Below are positions 61,222 to 64,000 of a stretch of 64,000 nucleotides of DNA, piece after piece. The notes beneath the pieces were generated by a model that had not been told where the DNA came from, ran no database searches, and saw only the letters and a program-made list of their open reading frames with translations. This stretch comes from Macrostomum lignano. Taxonomy: Eukaryota. The translations under genes were made by a program, and so were the position numbers. How positions within the stretch are numbered: the first letter of the stretch is position 1; every line of letters begins with the position of its first letter. The DNA is taken from positions 44,665 through 108,664 of the forward strand of contig NIVC01000389.1 of assembly GCA_002269645.1 (NCBI GenBank), given 5' to 3'.

Positions 61222-62956
61222 TGGTTGAGCACATTGGGAGGCACACCTGCTGCGGCCGGGGTCGCCGTTGGCTTGGGACCGCTCGCTCTAGTCTCCGTGC
61301 GCTCTGATTGGCTGGTTCCGCCGCTTCCTGTTTCCTCACCTGTGAGCAGGGGGCAGACCCGAGACCACCTCCGGTCGCGCCCGCGGCAGATCCGTACTCC
61401 AGCCGACAGAGATCGCACTCCCACCTCACATGCACACATTCAGATCAGGCACACAAATTAATTTGGTTAATATGAATAGAAGAGGGATTTGGGAGATTAG
61501 ACTCCGGAGGATAAATGATGATGCGGCCCAACTCCCTTCGATTTCTTCCTTCAACGCCACGCGCACGCAGTTCTCATCCATGCCTCCGAGACCCTCATAA
61601 ACTTAACAGCCGAAAGAATTCGAAAGAGGAATTAATCATTAATTTGACTGCCACCAGTTTGATGTACTATTATAAAAGAGAAAGGGGAACCTACCACCAT
61701 CTTGGCGCATTACCAAAGAAAAGAAAAGGAGGATCAGCCACCATTTTGAGAGAGGTTGCTAGGGAAAACTGCCACCAATTGCCCTTCTACCAGAGGAGAG
61801 GAAGACGAAAAACTGCCATCCTTAGAGGTGTATCATTAAAAGAAGGCGGGGAAGAAGGCTACCACTACTTGATCACCTAGAGCTCAAGGAAGGAGAGGGA
61901 ATGAAGAAAGGAAGAAACCCCCAGGAAGGCCACTACCACACGCCATAAAGTTAAAATCCCCATCTATCTACATCCTAATACCCGGCTAGTTCCCTACTTC
62001 TATTTCATCCCTTAAATTCTCATTTTCAGGATTCCGGCCGCTAGTAGCCGAGCCCATCCTTGAAGAGGAGTCCGACTACGAAGCGCCCGAAGACAGCCAT
62101 TCAGAGCCGGACGCCCCCTGATTCTGGGCCGGCTGCGCCATCTGGTGACATAGGCGCCGCGGCTCCCGGGCCATGCGACCGCCGGGCCGCCAGCGAACCA
62201 GCGTCCGGGGCCGGTTGGCATCCGGTACCACCGCCGTTGTCAGCCCGAGCGCACGCTCCGCCGCCGGTCGCCGCGGTGACGCCCGTGGCTGCCGCTCCAC
62301 AGCCCTTGCCAACCCCTGTGGTGGAGACCGACGGCTCCTGGCATTTGGTCGTGCTGTCGACGGCCCTAATAGCCGGTCTCACAATGCACTGGCTACTGCT
62401 CTTGGAGCTATTTCTGCGGCTTCCCAACTGCTGATGCTGGTGGTTCTTAATGCTTACTTACTAATTCTGAACTATCTGTCCCATAACTTGACTTTAATTA
62501 CTTACCTGACTTTACATTGACTAAACCACTGGCCTACTCTAAACTAATTGCTGCCCCATTTGCCTGATAAACTTAATTACATTGAATGCCCCCCCCTATT
62601 GCCTCATCGAAACCAATTAAAAGTTTCCCAAAATCGGACTTTCACAAAGTGTGAACAAACACACGAAATCAGACCTAAAGGTGCTAATTTCCTACGGTCC
62701 CAGACTTCCCTTGTTCCCAGAAAATCTTAAACAGCGGGGCAGGACCTCCTGTGGAGCAGACCCATAGAAGCTAAGAGCTAAAATCTTAGATATTTAAACA
62801 ACACCAACGAGCACGAGGTCACAACATAAATTCGAGTAATAGAGGGCATACGTAAATACGCGAAAAGCGGTCTCCAACGGGGCAACACGAGCAAAATTTC
62901 GACACGCGAATCGGGGGGGGAATTAAGCAATCACTGGCTAGCTACCGATCTGTTAC

Positions 62957-63290
62957 TCAGCGGGGGTCGAATGGGAGACTCACACCTAGCAAGTAAACCT
63001 TTTCTGTTCGATAGTCTATGATAGCATGCGTACTGGCTAGAAAAGCACTACCCAGGAGGGAAACTGCTGCTGAATTGCCAACGACCAGAAAGAGGATTCT
63101 CACCTCTTCTAGCCCAATAACTGCTGTGAGGGTGGCCTGGCCTAGCATCTCTAATTCATTGCCCGTGTAGGACACGGCCTTCACACATGGGGGCTCCAGG
63201 GCCTCCACACTCTGTCCGGTAATTTTAGTAAAGTCTTTGACTGTTAGCAAAGACAGCGCACTGCCCCATCTACCAGGAGGCGGGTGGGAA
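62957..63290 (-). pseudogene. Retropepsin (aspartic protease) remnant
   Basis: LLVD/GSALSLL (one-base shift at the active site) followed by the LLGSAFLASTHAIIDYRTEKVYL flap/ILG-like motif. Stop right after; no RT follows. Confidence 0.75.
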
Positions 63291-63594
63291 CATTCTCAAT
63301 TGGCAACTCTACAACAATATCTCTCCCGCGTTGTCCTCTAGCTGGTCTTGGCTGATAGAAATCGGTACCTTCTCAAATCTAAACTTCTTGCTGGGCGGAC
63401 GTGGCAGGTTAAGCTGGGCCCTAGAGAGGGAACGGGGCTGAGTTCGGGCCGGGCCATTCAGCCCTCCCACGGGTTTCCCGAACCCGGGGCTCTTCAGGCG
63501 TGGAAGGAGGAGGCATCAGAGCTTGCGCGCGCAGCTGGGAGCCTCTCCTGCCTCTCCCTGGTAGCCTCGTCTAACATATCTCTGCCCCACTCCT

Positions 63595-64000
63595 CTAAAT
63601 CTTGCCTATGGCGATCAGGTGGCGCACGAAGCTGCAATTGCTGCTGCTGCACACCCGGCGCCGGCGGCGTGGGCGCCTCCTGAATTGCAAGCGGCGGGGG
63701 CTGGGGTTGGCGCCAGTTCCACTGCTATTAGAGCCGCCCTGCCCCTGCCTCCAGTTCCTGTTGGGAGTGGCGGGGCGAGGGGGCCTCATCTGCTGGGGCA
63801 GCTGGGCAACAGACTCTGCTGTCGCCTTCATAGTTTCATTGAGCTGCACCAGCTGGTTGCGCAGATCCTTTTGCGTTTGCTCTAGCGCGCCCAACCTCTC
63901 TTGCATCTCTGATAGGCCGTCACCGTCCTCCTCGCGTCTCGTCAGCTTCCTGGTTCACCATCCTGACCACTTGCGAGGGGGCCTGGTGTGGCTGCTGAGG
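63595..64000 (-). pseudogene. Gag-like remnant (coiled-coil plus R/G-rich C-terminal part), continues beyond window
   Basis: MQERLGALEQTQKDLRNQLVQLNETMK...RNWRQGQGG, located directly upstream of the protease on the same strand; frameshifted. Confidence 0.5.

Overview
Eukaryotic (metazoan) genomic DNA with GT-AG introns, GC-rich codons and about 30% minisatellite content. This style suggests a free-living flatworm such as Macrostomum (inference, not verified). Seven genes could be assembled by hand. In order: the 3' part of FPGS (+); two adjacent orphan nuclear-type genes sharing an unrecognised ~37-aa N-terminal helical motif (+); CAB39/MO25 (+, 3 exons); TRPT1/Tpt1 (-, 4 exons, one homopolymer frameshift); a divergent 599-aa DEG/ENaC channel subunit (-, 4 exons); and the first 8 coding exons of a phospholipase C-beta (+). 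Mobile DNA includes a decayed Ty3/Gypsy pol, a decayed hAT transposase, hAT and Tc1/mariner MITEs, and a 785-bp TIR element with 4-bp TSDs inserted into a copy of itself. Inside the PLC-beta intron lies a reverse-oriented LTR element: 2.2-kb 3' LTR, PPT, gag/protease relics, no visible RT/RNaseH/integrase, a large orphan ORF and a candidate antisense spliced unit. More than 20 different tandem arrays fill introns and gene flanks. Nearly all very long ORFs in the track are repeat artefacts. No CRISPR array or prokaryotic system is supported.
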